DNA from: Candidatus Paceibacter sp.
GTDB taxonomy: Bacteria > Patescibacteriota > Minisyncoccia > UBA6257 > 02-FULL-45-10c
Direction: 5' to 3'
Length of the DNA stretch: 64,000 nt
Assembly: GCA_020724845.1 (NCBI GenBank)
Contig: DYGE01000001.1
Location: forward strand, 122,664-186,663
Positions 9,716-19,542 of the stretch are shown one piece after another. Under the pieces are notes generated by a model. That model was not told the origin of the DNA, did no database searches, and saw nothing but the letters and a program-made list of their open reading frames with translations. The translations under genes and the position numbers were made by a program. Position 1 is the first letter of the stretch. The number at the start of each line of letters is the position of its first letter.

Positions 9716-10722
9716 TATCTCTTATTCAGAAGAGTTCTCTTGTAGACATCCAGATGGCTCAAGATAATGCCGGCGCCTTTGGCTACGCAAAATAGCGGCT
9801 CTTCGGCAATATAAGTTTCCACGCCAGTCATTCGCTTGAAGAATTCGTCAATGTAGCGCAATTGCGCTCCGCCCCCGGAAACGATAATCCCCTTTTCCAT
9901 GATATCAGCGACTAATTCCGGCGGAGTTTCGTTGAAAACGCTTTTTACTGAAGCAGCAATGTCAATCAAGTGCTGATTAAGCGCCTCGGAAATTTCATTA
10001 GAATTCACAACTATATCTTTCGGCAGGCCGGAAACCATATCCCGTCCGCGAATTTGGATCTCTAACTTTTCTTTGGATGGAAGCGCGGACCCGACTTCCA
10101 ATTTTATTAATTCAGCAGTTTGCTCTCCGATATGGAGCGAGTATTTTTTCTTAATATAATCCATAATCGCTTGGTCAAATTTATTGCCGGCAACCCTCAA
10201 ACTTGACCAGGCGACAATTCCGCCAAGGGAAATAACGGCTACTTCAGCGGTCCCGCCTCCAATATTAATAATCATATTGCCGGAATAAGAGTTGATCGGA
10301 ATGCCGGCGCCAAGAGCGGCTAAAAGCGGCTCTTTGACTATATAAGCTTCTTTCGCGCCGGCTTCTTTCGCGGCATTCATTATCGCTCTGCGCTCGGTTG
10401 GAGTAATCCCCGCGGGAGCGGAAATCACTACGTCCGGCCGGATTATATTAAACGAACCGGTAGCTTTGGCAATAAAGTACTTTAACATTGCCTTGGTTAT
10501 GTAATAGTCGGCAATGACGCCCTCTCGCAGAGGCCTGTAAGCGGCAATATCATCAGGCGTTCTGCCGATCATGTCCTTAGCTTCTCTGCCGACAGCCAGA
10601 ACGCCATTATCCGGCAAACTCAAAGCAACGATAGTCGGCTCGTTGATAATGAAACCTTTGCCCGGAACAAAAACGATGGTATTCGCGGTCCCGAGATCTA
10701 TTCCTATTTTTCTAGTAAACAT
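9715..10722 (-). CDS. mreB: MreB/Mbl (paralog 2)
   Basis: GIDLGTAN, NIGGGTAE, VSGGGAQL; follows murA as mbl does in Firmicutes. Confidence 0.94.
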   Translation of the reverse strand: MFTRKIGIDLGTANTIVFVPGKGFIINEPTIVALSLPDNGVLAVGREAKDMIGRTPDDIAAYRPLREGVIADYYITKAMLKYFIAKATGSFNIIRPDVVISAPAGITPTERRAIMNAAKEAGAKEAYIVKEPLLAALGAGIPINSYSGNMIINIGGGTAEVAVISLGGIVAWSSLRVAGNKFDQAIMDYIKKKYSLHIGEQTAELIKLEVGSALPSKEKLEIQIRGRDMVSGLPKDIVVNSNEISEALNQHLIDIAASVKSVFNETPPELVADIMEKGIIVSGGGAQLRYIDEFFKRMTGVETYIAEEPLFCVAKGAGIILSHLDVYKRTLLNKR

Positions 10723-10728
10723 ATCCTA

Positions 10729-11988
10729 TTATTTTCTTAAAATATCGGCCCCTATTGCCCTTAGGCGCTCATCTAATTTTTCGTACCCGCGGTCAATTTG
10801 CTCAATATTATCCAGCTCCGATTCGCCTTTAGCGACCAAGGCCGCAATAACCAAAGTAGCGCCGGCGCGCAGATCTAAACTTCCTATCTTTGCGCCATGA
10901 AGCTGTGTCGGGCCGGAAATGAGCGCTCGGTGCGGATCTAAGATAACCGCGTCCGCGCCCATTTTTTTGAGTTCATCAATATATTTTAATCTATTTTCGT
11001 ACATAGTGTCAAAAATTAAAGAACCTCCTTGGGCTTGAGTCGCTAGTATTCCGAACGGCGCCTGCAGATCAGTCGGCAACCCAGGGTGCGGCATAGTCTT
11101 AACTTTAGCCGCCCGCAGTGAAGATTTTTGTCCGTTAACTATCAAGACATCGCCCTTAAAACTAAAAACGACGCCGAATTCTTTCAATTTCTGTAAAAAA
11201 GAGTCTAGGTGTGATTCTTCCGCTCCGACGATATTCAGATTGCTTTTAGTAGCCGCGCTCAAAATGGCAAAAGTCCCGGCCTCTATCGGATCATTGATAA
11301 TTTCGTACTCAATAAGACCGGCGGCTTCGCGATTACCAGGGGAAATTGAGAATTCATGGCTGGCAGTATTCTCTACAACCGTTCCTAACTCTCTTAAAAA
11401 CCCGATTAAATCCCAGACATGCGGCTCAATAGCTGCCAGCTTAATTTTAAAAGGGTGAGCGAATCCGAGCATTAAAAGATTCTCCGTAGCCGTAACGCTT
11501 AACTCCTTGAGGGTGATGCTCGGCAGTTTTACTTTCCCCAGCTGCATCAGGTAAACTCCGGAATCGGAATCAAAATTTACGCCCGCGCCCAGCTCGGCAA
11601 AAGCCTCCAAATGAGTGTCAATTGGACGCGCGCCGATATTGCATCCGCCCGGCATCACGAACGAAATTTTCCCAAAGCGGGCAAGCATGGGCCCAATCAG
11701 CAATATTGAGGAGCGGATTTGCCCCATCAATTCCTGGTCCAATTTCTCCGGATCAAGATCCTTATTGTCAATCTCAATAACATGTTCAGACAGCCAACGC
11801 TGCCTTGACCCCATACTCTTTAGAATTTCCAGAATTTTTAAAACATCGCCGATTCTTGGGATATTTTTCAGTACGCATGTTCGGCTGGTCAGCAGAGTGG
11901 CCGCGATAATCGGGGTTGCCGAATTCTTAAATCCGCCTACCTCAATATCTCCCCGCAGCGGCGCTCCGCCATTAATGATGAATTTCAT
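10729..11988 (-). CDS. murA: UDP-N-acetylglucosamine 1-carboxyvinyltransferase
   Basis: GFKNSA, PGGCNIGARPID (catalytic Cys), DLRAGA, IDRGYE. Confidence 0.97.
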   Translation of the reverse strand: MKFIINGGAPLRGDIEVGGFKNSATPIIAATLLTSRTCVLKNIPRIGDVLKILEILKSMGSRQRWLSEHVIEIDNKDLDPEKLDQELMGQIRSSILLIGPMLARFGKISFVMPGGCNIGARPIDTHLEAFAELGAGVNFDSDSGVYLMQLGKVKLPSITLKELSVTATENLLMLGFAHPFKIKLAAIEPHVWDLIGFLRELGTVVENTASHEFSISPGNREAAGLIEYEIINDPIEAGTFAILSAATKSNLNIVGAEESHLDSFLQKLKEFGVVFSFKGDVLIVNGQKSSLRAAKVKTMPHPGLPTDLQAPFGILATQAQGGSLIFDTMYENRLKYIDELKKMGADAVILDPHRALISGPTQLHGAKIGSLDLRAGATLVIAALVAKGESELDNIEQIDRGYEKLDERLRAIGADILRK

Positions 11989-12082
11989 TAATTAAATAAT
12001 ACCTCAATTCCACTGCCACTTTCCAATCTCTTTACGTTTGGTTAAAAAAGTTGTAAAGTATTGAAGAACAGAATCCAGATCT

Positions 12083-13405
12083 ATGACTCTAAGAACAAGA
12101 AGAATAATTTTTTATCTTTTCGCGGCGCTCTTCATACTAATAGGCGCGGTATCAATTTTTTATTCCAGCGGCTGGCGATTTGACCTAGAAACCTTTGAAA
12201 TAAACAAGCTCGGCGCGCTTTTTTTAAACATAACTCCGGAGGGCGCGACCATCGCGATTGATAAAAATACGTTTGACTTCAGCCCAAGTTTTTTAAAATC
12301 CGGCACTTTAATTGCCAACCTCTTTCCCAAGACATACACGGTAAAGGTTATGAAAGAGGGCTATCAGCCATGGACTAAAGAGATCCAGGTGTATCCTTCT
12401 TTGGTGACAGAGGTTCCCTCAGTCGTATTATTGCCGGAAAAGTTGGATTTAGGAGATCCAATTAACGAAGAAGTTACTAACTTTTGGATCGGTCCGAAAA
12501 ATATAATCGTTCTAAAAAATGGGAGATTGGAATTCCAGTCCCATAGAATTTTAGGCGCGGAGGTTTGGAAATGGTCAAATTCTGGAACAGCAGTTATCAC
12601 TAAACAAGATGGCAACTATTTCTTCATAGACCTGGAAAAACCGACCAGCGCGTTAAATCTGAAACTGGTCTTTGATAATTTAAACAAAGCCGGAGACGGA
12701 CAAATTTTGGACATAGATTTCCATCCTGCGCAAGATAATAAATTTATTGTGTTAGCCAGCGATGGACTGCATATTTTAGACGCTCAAAAGCTAACTTTAT
12801 CACTAATTGAAGCGGGAGCCGTTAATACATTCTCAACCCAAAACAACGAATTATTTTATGAGAAAACCGGGCAAATTTTTGCCTATAACCTGACTATCCA
12901 CTCCAATAGCCTTTTAACAGAGCAAGTTTTTGACGGCATTAGAAAAATCCAAGTATCTCCGTCCGGATATTATTTGTCCATTTTGGAAAACTCCGGAGCG
13001 CTCTATGTCTTCGACCGAAAGTCTTTAACCGCCTCTAAAATATCAGAGAATGCCGCTTATTCATTATTCTCGCCCAATAGCAAAAAAATAGCCTCGGTTA
13101 ACTCAAATCAGGAGTTAACCGTCTATCCGCTCAATGAGCCGGTTGAAGGGCTAAAAAACAGTTGGCAAGGGCCGGCCAATTTCCGTATCGGATCTCTCAA
13201 GAAAAATTCTATTTCCTGGCATGCAAATTCCGCCTATCTATTTATCAAATATCCGTCCACTCTGTATCTTTTAGAAGCAAATAACCTCCCCCCTATTAAC
13301 TTCCAAGTTATTGATCTGGAAAACTCTCAATATCAATACCGCGCGAGCTCTAACACTCTCTACCTTCTTAAAGGAGGCAGCTTATATAAACTAGCTCTTG
13401 GGTAA
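12083..13405 (+). CDS. Membrane-anchored PEGA-like / beta-propeller protein
   Basis: N-terminal TM, YTVKVMKEGYQPW PEGA-like motif, WS/SP repeats typical of TolB-like propellers. Confidence 0.75.
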   Translation: MTLRTRRIIFYLFAALFILIGAVSIFYSSGWRFDLETFEINKLGALFLNITPEGATIAIDKNTFDFSPSFLKSGTLIANLFPKTYTVKVMKEGYQPWTKEIQVYPSLVTEVPSVVLLPEKLDLGDPINEEVTNFWIGPKNIIVLKNGRLEFQSHRILGAEVWKWSNSGTAVITKQDGNYFFIDLEKPTSALNLKLVFDNLNKAGDGQILDIDFHPAQDNKFIVLASDGLHILDAQKLTLSLIEAGAVNTFSTQNNELFYEKTGQIFAYNLTIHSNSLLTEQVFDGIRKIQVSPSGYYLSILENSGALYVFDRKSLTASKISENAAYSLFSPNSKKIASVNSNQELTVYPLNEPVEGLKNSWQGPANFRIGSLKKNSISWHANSAYLFIKYPSTLYLLEANNLPPINFQVIDLENSQYQYRASSNTLYLLKGGSLYKLALG

Positions 13406-13825
13406 GGGACGGTTTTTAATCAAAAAATAAAGCCAGCCGGCGGATAATCCGCCCAGCAAATCCATAAGGAGATCAGACAAGGTATCATCCAAGGTCATTT
13501 CAAAGGCCTGCAGAAAATAATTGATCAAATATTCGTAAAATTCCCACATTACGCCGATTAAAGCCGTGAAGGATAATACGATGACTAGGAGTACAAACTT
13601 ATGTTCGGATAATATTCGGCTGCCTTCTTGGCCTTCAAAAAAAGATAAAAATAAGGCGGCTACTAGCCATCCGCCAAAAAAATGCAAAACCTCATCAAAC
13701 CACCAAAGCGCTTCTTCCATGCCAACTAGCGCCTGATGCCAGACGAATTGCGCGGCGATAAGAAGCAAAGCAATCAAAATTATTATTCTTTTGTCAGTAA
13801 TCCAGGTCATAATCAAGCTCCTCAA
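13391..13825 (-). CDS. Integral membrane protein (VanZ-like)
   Basis: WWFDEVLHFFGG, WEFYEY, DTLSDLLMDLLG. Confidence 0.75.
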   Translation of the reverse strand: MRSLIMTWITDKRIIILIALLLIAAQFVWHQALVGMEEALWWFDEVLHFFGGWLVAALFLSFFEGQEGSRILSEHKFVLLVIVLSFTALIGVMWEFYEYLINYFLQAFEMTLDDTLSDLLMDLLGGLSAGWLYFLIKNRPLPKS

Positions 13826-13827
13826 AT

Positions 13828-13864
13828 ATAAAACGAGACCAACAATAAGTTTGTCTCGTTTTAT
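13828..13864 (-). terminator. Terminator of the r-protein operon
   Basis: ataaaacgagac...gtctcgttttat hairpin just after rpsI. Confidence 0.7.
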
Positions 13865-13877
13865 GTTCTCTGCATCT

Positions 13878-14354
13878 TTATCTCTTTGCCCATTGGGGCG
13901 CCCTCCTTGCTTTTCTTAATCCGTATTTCTTTCGCTCAACCATTCTGGCATCGCGAGTTAGGAATCCGGAACGTCTTAGCCTTTTTCTGAAATCCTCATT
14001 AAAAATGGTCAAAGCCCTAGCTATGCCGTGCCTTACCGCCTCCGCCTGGCCCCTAAGCCCGCCTCCGGCTACTTTTACCGTAGCGCCAAGTTTATCCCTG
14101 ACATTCATAGTTTCCAAAGGCTTGAGCACTTCGTTCTGCAGATGCGTATCTCGGAAGTAATCTTTGAAATCTTTGCCGTTGACTACGATATCTCCCTGGG
14201 CGCTTGTAAACAAGCGGACTCGGGCAACCGCGGTCTTTCTTCCGCCCTTAGCTTCATAATATCTGGACTGTTTAGTGTCTCTCGGTTCTTCCTTCTGCGC
14301 GCTCTTTGCCGGTTTCGCTGCTGTTTTTTTAGTTTTTGCTTCTTTTTTAACCAT
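13878..14354 (-). CDS. rpsI: 30S ribosomal protein S9
   Basis: GGRKTAVARV, VERKKYGLRKARRAPQWAKR. Confidence 0.98.
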   Translation of the reverse strand: MVKKEAKTKKTAAKPAKSAQKEEPRDTKQSRYYEAKGGRKTAVARVRLFTSAQGDIVVNGKDFKDYFRDTHLQNEVLKPLETMNVRDKLGATVKVAGGGLRGQAEAVRHGIARALTIFNEDFRKRLRRSGFLTRDARMVERKKYGLRKARRAPQWAKR

Positions 14355-14356
14355 AA

Positions 14357-14698
14357 TTATTTGATGATCAATCTTTTAATGCGCTTTGCCTGCAGGAAAT
14401 TTTTCGGGAGCATACGTTCTACGGCATGCCTTAACACTTTCTCCGGGCTTTTTACAAAACGCTCTTTCAGCGTCGCGGATTTCAGGTGGCCCATGTAGCC
14501 GGTATGGCGATAATATTTCTTTCCTTCAAGCTTATCCCCGGTAAAAACCAAATCTTTGACGTTTTCAACCACTACCGTGTCGCTTCCTTCAAGATTTGGC
14601 GCGTAACGAGGGCTCTTTTTGCCCTGCAAAACTAAAGCTATATCCGAAGCCAATCGTCCCAATTTTTTATTTTTTGCGTCAAATTTATATTCTGCCAT
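14357..14698 (-). CDS. rplM: 50S ribosomal protein L13
   Basis: LGRLAS, KKYYRHTGYMG, AVERMLPKN. Confidence 0.97.
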   Translation of the reverse strand: MAEYKFDAKNKKLGRLASDIALVLQGKKSPRYAPNLEGSDTVVVENVKDLVFTGDKLEGKKYYRHTGYMGHLKSATLKERFVKSPEKVLRHAVERMLPKNFLQAKRIKRLIIK

Positions 14699-14711
14699 GT
14701 CTTTATAAAAA

Positions 14712-15044
14712 TTAAACGAATTCTATAACTGCCTGCCTGGCTGCGTCTCTTTTGCGCCGTTCCGCAGTCTTGAGGATGCGCAAATATCCGCCAGCTCGGT
14801 CTTTATACCTCGGAGCAATATCATAGTAAAGCTTGGAAGCGGAATCCTTCGGCAGCCGAGACAACAAAAGCCGCAAGCTGGCTAAATTCTGCTTTTTCGC
14901 TAAGGTAACCAATTTTTCCACTTTCGGGCGGAGCTCCTTCGCTCTTGCCTCTGTGGTCTGGATGCGTTCTTTCAGTATTAAGTTATTAGCCAAGGTTTTG
15001 GTGAAAGATTTTCGCCTACCTCGGATCCTTCCAAACTTGCGCAT
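14712..15044 (-). CDS. rplQ: 50S ribosomal protein L17
   Basis: IQTTEARAKEL, RAGGYLRI. Confidence 0.97.
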   Translation of the reverse strand: MRKFGRIRGRRKSFTKTLANNLILKERIQTTEARAKELRPKVEKLVTLAKKQNLASLRLLLSRLPKDSASKLYYDIAPRYKDRAGGYLRILKTAERRKRDAARQAVIEFV

Positions 15045-15832
15045 TATTTTTTCTTAGATTTTTTAGCTGTTTTGGTCGCGGCCTTTTTCTTAGCAGCTGG
15101 TTTTTTTGGCGCCGCAGGCTCCTTTTCTTCTACTTCCTTGACTTCAACGCTGGAAACCTTGTCAAAGTGGTCTTTCAAGATGTTAGCCGCTTTATGCAGC
15201 GCGGAAGACGGGGTAATACTGCCATCAGTCGCCAAAGTAATGATTAAGCGGTTATAATCGGTTCTGTCTCCGACACGCATATTTTCCACTGAAAAATTGG
15301 CCTTGACTACCGGGGAGAAAGACGCGTCTATGGCCATCGTGCCGATAGGGAGCTTATCCGACTTTCTAGCTTCAACCGGCACGTATCCCAAGCCTCTTTC
15401 CACGGTAAGCTCCATTTCCAGCTCCGCGGACTTGCTGCTTAGATTGGCAATGTGCGCGCCTGGATTAATAACCTCAACCTCCGCATTGGATTCAATATCG
15501 GCGGCAGTAACAGCCCTTTCCCCCTTAACTTTCAATGTTAAAGTTTGAGGCTCGTCGGTATGGGCTCGAAATCGGACTTTTTTCAAATTAAGGCCGATCT
15601 CTACGACGTCTTCAATAACATTAGGAATGGTTGAAAATTCGTGCTGAACTCCCTTTATCTTAAATTGGGTTACAGCTGCGCCCGGCAATGAAGAAAACAG
15701 AACCCTGCGAAGGGCATTGCCCATAGTAATTCCATACCCGGTGTAAAGACCTTCTATCTCAAATCTCCCCTCGGTATCGGTTTCGGAGACCTTTTTAATA
15801 GTGACTGACTCACTTAAATATGCGAACTGCAT
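15044..15832 (-). CDS. rpoA: RNA polymerase alpha subunit lacking the alpha-CTD
   Basis: GYGITMGNALRRVL, HEFSTI, VENMRVGDRTDY; ends in a K/A-rich tail. Confidence 0.97.
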   Translation of the reverse strand: MQFAYLSESVTIKKVSETDTEGRFEIEGLYTGYGITMGNALRRVLFSSLPGAAVTQFKIKGVQHEFSTIPNVIEDVVEIGLNLKKVRFRAHTDEPQTLTLKVKGERAVTAADIESNAEVEVINPGAHIANLSSKSAELEMELTVERGLGYVPVEARKSDKLPIGTMAIDASFSPVVKANFSVENMRVGDRTDYNRLIITLATDGSITPSSALHKAANILKDHFDKVSSVEVKEVEEKEPAAPKKPAAKKKAATKTAKKSKKK

Positions 15833-15864
15833 TGTTTATTAATTATTAATGATATTAATTAATT

Positions 15865-16476
15865 TTATTTTGAGTAATAGTCAACGACCATATTGACGTC
15901 AAATGGCACTTCCACTTCTTGCGGCAAAGCCACCATCTCTCCTTCCAACTTATCTTTATCCAGCTTCAGCCAAGTCGGAACTTCATATTTCTTAAGCCTT
16001 TCCGAAAGATCTTTCAGAGGGCCGGCATCATTGGATTCTTTTCTAATGCCTATTTTATCGCCTACTTTAACGATATAAGAAGGAACGGATACTTTGCGGC
16101 CATTCACGGTAACATGCCCATGCCCCGCAAGCTGCCTGCCGACAGATCTTGAGGGGGCGAAGCCCAAGCGGAACAAGACATTATCTAACCTGCTTTCCAG
16201 AAGCTGGATCATCACCAAACCGGTTACGTCGCTCTTTTTGGATGCCTCTTGAAACACTTTAAGCATTTGCGATTCTCTGATTCCGTAACTGAATTTGATC
16301 TTCTGCTTCTCATTCAGCTGCTGCCCCACTTCAGATGAGGAATGCCTGGCTTGCCCATGAAGGCCCGGCCGATGCGGCCGCCTTACCGTGGCGCATTTGG
16401 CAGAATTACAACGATGAGCTTTTAAGAAAAGCTTGGTTCCTAGGGCTCTTTCCTTTTTTTCTCTAGTATTAAACAT
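15865..16476 (-). CDS. rpsD: 30S ribosomal protein S4
   Basis: QLNEKQK, LESRLDNV, HGHVTVNG. Confidence 0.97.
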   Translation of the reverse strand: MFNTREKKERALGTKLFLKAHRCNSAKCATVRRPHRPGLHGQARHSSSEVGQQLNEKQKIKFSYGIRESQMLKVFQEASKKSDVTGLVMIQLLESRLDNVLFRLGFAPSRSVGRQLAGHGHVTVNGRKVSVPSYIVKVGDKIGIRKESNDAGPLKDLSERLKKYEVPTWLKLDKDKLEGEMVALPQEVEVPFDVNMVVDYYSK

Positions 16477-16478
16477 GT

Positions 16479-16928
16479 TTAAACTCGTCTAACTTTTTTA
16501 GGCCTTGGGCCGTTATGTGGTATCGGAGTTACGTCTTTAATTGATGTTATATTAAAACCTTGATTTCCAAAAGAGCGAATGGAGGAATCACGGCCGCTGC
16601 CAACGCCGTTAACGTAAATATCCACATCCGAGAGTCCAGTCTTCTTAAGTTTCTCGGCAATTGCTGAAACTACTTTTGAAGCGGCGAAAGGGGTAGCTTT
16701 CTTCGGTCCGGAAAAGCCCAAAGATCCCGCGGAAGCCCAGGCAACGGTATTTCCCTGTTGGTCAGTTACCGTAATAATAGTGTTATTATACGAAGCTCCA
16801 ATATAAACATTGCCCCGGCCTAATTTCTTGCCGGAACCCTTAGAGGCTTTCGCCATAGTAGCCTCTAGCGCGTCTTTTTCTTTTAATACCTCCTCTTGAG
16901 TTTGTTGTGCTATTTTTTTCTTTCCCAT
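16479..16928 (-). CDS. rpsK: 30S ribosomal protein S11
   Basis: ASYNNTI, KKATPFAA, DVTPIPHNG. Confidence 0.98.
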   Translation of the reverse strand: MGKKKIAQQTQEEVLKEKDALEATMAKASKGSGKKLGRGNVYIGASYNNTIITVTDQQGNTVAWASAGSLGFSGPKKATPFAASKVVSAIAEKLKKTGLSDVDIYVNGVGSGRDSSIRSFGNQGFNITSIKDVTPIPHNGPRPKKVRRV

Positions 16929-16995
16929 GTGAATAATATATTAATTTGGACACCAAGCACATAATGCTTTATATGCTCGGTTTCGCTGCAGTATG

Positions 16996-17379
16996 CTACT
17001 TCAGCTCAACCTTTCTCTTTCCACTGCCGGCAGTCTTTCTTACGTTGCCTCGCACGGTTCGAGAGTTAGTTTTAGTCCTCTGCCCTCTGACAGGCAAATT
17101 TCGCATGTGCCGAATCCCCCTATACGCTTTCAAATCCTTCAGGAGATTGATATTTTGTTTGACAACCTGGCGCAACTCTCCTTCAATCTTATAGTTTTTT
17201 TCTATAAACTCTTTGATCTTGCTAACTTCATCCGGGGTTAAATCTTTCGCCCGCTTATCCGAATCAATCTTGGTCGCGCCTAAGATTCTTTTAGATAAAG
17301 TTGGGCCGATACCATAAATATAGGTCAGAGACACCTCCACCTTTTTATTATCTGGTATATTTATTCCTGAAATTCTCAT
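16996..17379 (-). CDS. rpsM: 30S ribosomal protein S13
   Basis: LTYIYGIG, YRGIRH, LPVRGQRTKTN. Confidence 0.98.
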   Translation of the reverse strand: MRISGINIPDNKKVEVSLTYIYGIGPTLSKRILGATKIDSDKRAKDLTPDEVSKIKEFIEKNYKIEGELRQVVKQNINLLKDLKAYRGIRHMRNLPVRGQRTKTNSRTVRGNVRKTAGSGKRKVELK

Positions 17380-17397
17380 GTTGCTTGTAACTTATTG

Positions 17398-17511
17398 CTA
17401 TCCCTGCCTTTGTTTATGTTTTTTAATTTTGCAAACAATATAAACCCTGCTTTTTCTTCGCACGACTTGGCAATCTTTGCATATTTTTTTTACTGATGCT
17501 CGTACTTTCAT
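17398..17511 (-). CDS. rpmJ: 50S ribosomal protein L36 (missed by ORF track)
   Basis: Manual translation [37 protein letters not shown]. Confidence 0.97.
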   Translation of the reverse strand: MKVRASVKKICKDCQVVRRKSRVYIVCKIKKHKQRQG

Positions 17512-17626
17512 CCCGTTAGAGGCAGGTCGCGGTCTTTGTTATCCCGGCATGCCTTAATTCAATCAAAATAATTATATTAAATATTATTCTCTCTAATCCC
17601 ACCAGCGACCGCGGCCTCTAACGGGA
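17511..17626. mobile_element. Miniature inverted-repeat element (tcccgttagagg...cctctaacggga) abutting the rpmJ start codon
   Basis: 12-bp terminal IR plus cgcggtc/gaccgcg inner IR; AT dinucleotide on both flanks. Confidence 0.7.
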
Positions 17627-17643
17627 TTCGTTCCTGACGATAA

Positions 17644-17886
17644 TTAAAGTCTCCTTACAATCCTTCCTCTTTTATCATCATAAGGAGTCATCTCCATAAT
17701 AACCTTATCTCCAGGGAGGATTTTAATATAAAACATCCTCATCTTCCCGGAAAGGTGGGCTAAGACTAATTTCCCATCATAGGTCTTAACACGAAAAGAA
17801 GCACCCGGTAGGGCCTCTTCAACGATTCCTTCAACCTTGATAACGTTCTTCTTTGAAGACTTATCCTTTTCTTGATTCTGTGTCAC
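17644..17886 (-). CDS. infA: Translation initiation factor IF-1
   Basis: [26 protein letters not shown]. Confidence 0.97.
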   Translation of the reverse strand: MTQNQEKDKSSKKNVIKVEGIVEEALPGASFRVKTYDGKLVLAHLSGKMRMFYIKILPGDKVIMEMTPYDDKRGRIVRRL

Positions 17887-17925
17887 TGATATAAAAGTAT
17901 ATCATTATAGGGCTAAAATTGTCAA

Positions 17926-17995
17926 CCCCACACATAACTTAGGCCACATGAGGCAAAACAACTCTTGGAGTTGCTAGTCTAAGTTATGTGTGGGG
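17926..17995. repeat. Palindromic miniature element, family CCCCACACATAAC, copy A
   Basis: ccccacacataacttag/ctaagttatgtgtgggg IR; abuts TTGACA of the infA promoter. Confidence 0.85.
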
Positions 17996-18047
17996 TCAGC
18001 CCCTTATGCAACAAAGAAAAATCGGCATTTTTGCCGATGTATTAATA

Positions 18048-19127
18048 TTATTCCCGAACCACTAATCCCTTAGCCGCTTTAATGGTTACTTCCTTAAGCC
18101 CTCTTCTAACCTTGAAAGTCATTTCTTGGCCGACAGGCGCAGCGCGTATTCTTTCTATCGCCTGCCAGGATCCTTCTACCGGCTCACCGTCAATTTCCTC
18201 AATCAAGTCCTTCGGCTCAAAGCCGGCTCTTTCCGCCTCCGAATTCGGGAAAACCTGGATAACCTGTGCCGGAACGTTACCGCACTTAATATCGCTAGGA
18301 CAATTAAAGTGGACGCCTAGTCCCAAAAATCTCCTTCGATGTATAGTATCAATTCTAAATTTATCGCCGCTGATAACCGAGAGCTTCAAGAACGATTCTT
18401 TTTCCAAAGAATATTTTTCAGTGCCGGCGAGCGACTCCCTATCGGCAAATGTTCTTATGAAAACATCGTAGGCTTTTCCCGCATTATCAAATGACACGTC
18501 ACCTTTGTACAAAACCTTGCTCTTAAAAGCCGGCACTAAAGAAAGCAGCAAGTATTTGTATCCCTCGCCGTCCGCAAAAAATCCATGAACCAGCTGATCG
18601 CCCGCCTTAAAACCGGAACGGTCCGCCCAGCTTCCTTCCGTGACCGAACTAACCTTTGCGGAACCGATTTCTACCGGAATTTGGCTAAAAACTAGCTGCT
18701 CCAGCAATTCCTTGCTTGGGAAACTGTATGTTTTGACTTTAAAATCCTTCGGGCTATAGAACGCCAGCCGGGCATCTTCCCGCAAAGAAGCAAGGCGCGC
18801 GGATACGTCGGTTTCTGCCGGAACAACTTTGCCGTTGACTGCCAGCAGAAGGTCTCCGGCGCGAATATTTTCTCGAGAGAGATCTGACATATCATCGCCA
18901 GGCTGTAAATTGCCAAAATCGGCGTACCTGGAAGTTTCTTGAGGGGCTGCCTTCACGGCGGACAGGCGTAAATTAGAATTCTCTAAAACAAGGCCGATCT
19001 GTTTACGCAGGATATTCGCTTTCTGTTCCTGATTCAACGAAACGTGCAGCTGACGCGACTTCACGCGCATGGAGGCGCAGCCGCTGAAAACAACAGTAAG
19101 AGTAACGGCAACCAAGATTCTCTTCAT
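18048..19127 (-). CDS. Multi-PDZ-domain lipoprotein
   Basis: Lipobox FSGC; GSWADRSGFKAGD and NSEAERAGFEPKDLI PDZ motifs; AGGAG SD. Confidence 0.8.
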   Translation of the reverse strand: MKRILVAVTLTVVFSGCASMRVKSRQLHVSLNQEQKANILRKQIGLVLENSNLRLSAVKAAPQETSRYADFGNLQPGDDMSDLSRENIRAGDLLLAVNGKVVPAETDVSARLASLREDARLAFYSPKDFKVKTYSFPSKELLEQLVFSQIPVEIGSAKVSSVTEGSWADRSGFKAGDQLVHGFFADGEGYKYLLLSLVPAFKSKVLYKGDVSFDNAGKAYDVFIRTFADRESLAGTEKYSLEKESFLKLSVISGDKFRIDTIHRRRFLGLGVHFNCPSDIKCGNVPAQVIQVFPNSEAERAGFEPKDLIEEIDGEPVEGSWQAIERIRAAPVGQEMTFKVRRGLKEVTIKAAKGLVVRE

Positions 19128-19193
19128 TTCCTTTTCTCCTTTTCAAAAGATGGATACTGGCTGTAGGTTAATACAAATTATTCTTTTCGTCAA

Positions 19194-19325
19194 CCCCGCA
19201 CCTTTGCGAAATAGAAATCTCCACGGGCTTCGATTTAGATAATCCCAATAGATATGTGGCATATTGACTGCTTCGGGGCTCTTTTCTGTATTTGTACTGA
19301 AAAGCAATCTCGCAAAGGTGCGGGG
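19194..19325. mobile_element. MITE-like element, family CCCCGCACCTTT, copy D (132 bp)
   Basis: 16-bp perfect TIR ccccgcacctttgcga; interior homologous to 26813-26945 in reverse orientation. Confidence 0.8.
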
Positions 19326-19383
19326 AAACTTTAAAAACAAAAAAGCCGCGTATTTACGCGGCGCGCCATAAAATCAGGGCTGG

Positions 19384-19542
19384 CTACTTTTTAGGGAGAA
19401 ACGGCAAAAGTAATCTCAAAAGATCCATCAGATCCCCAAAAACCTTTTTAAACCAGGGCTTGATCACCCAATAGAATACGCCCAAAGACAGAACGACACC
19501 CATCCCAAGCCCCACAAGAAGAAGGACCAAAGAAGTGAGCAT
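19384..19542 (-). CDS. Small single-TM protein (52 aa; missed by ORF track)
   Basis: MLTSLVLLLVGLGMGVVLSLGVFYWVIKPWFKKVFGDLMDLLRLLLPFLPKK; GAGG SD, TTGACA-17-TATTAT promoter, terminator at 19339-19362. Confidence 0.75.
   Translation of the reverse strand: MLTSLVLLLVGLGMGVVLSLGVFYWVIKPWFKKVFGDLMDLLRLLLPFLPKK

Noticed and set aside
19143-19340. 65-aa minus ORF
   Set aside because: Coincides with MITE copy D and a promoter region
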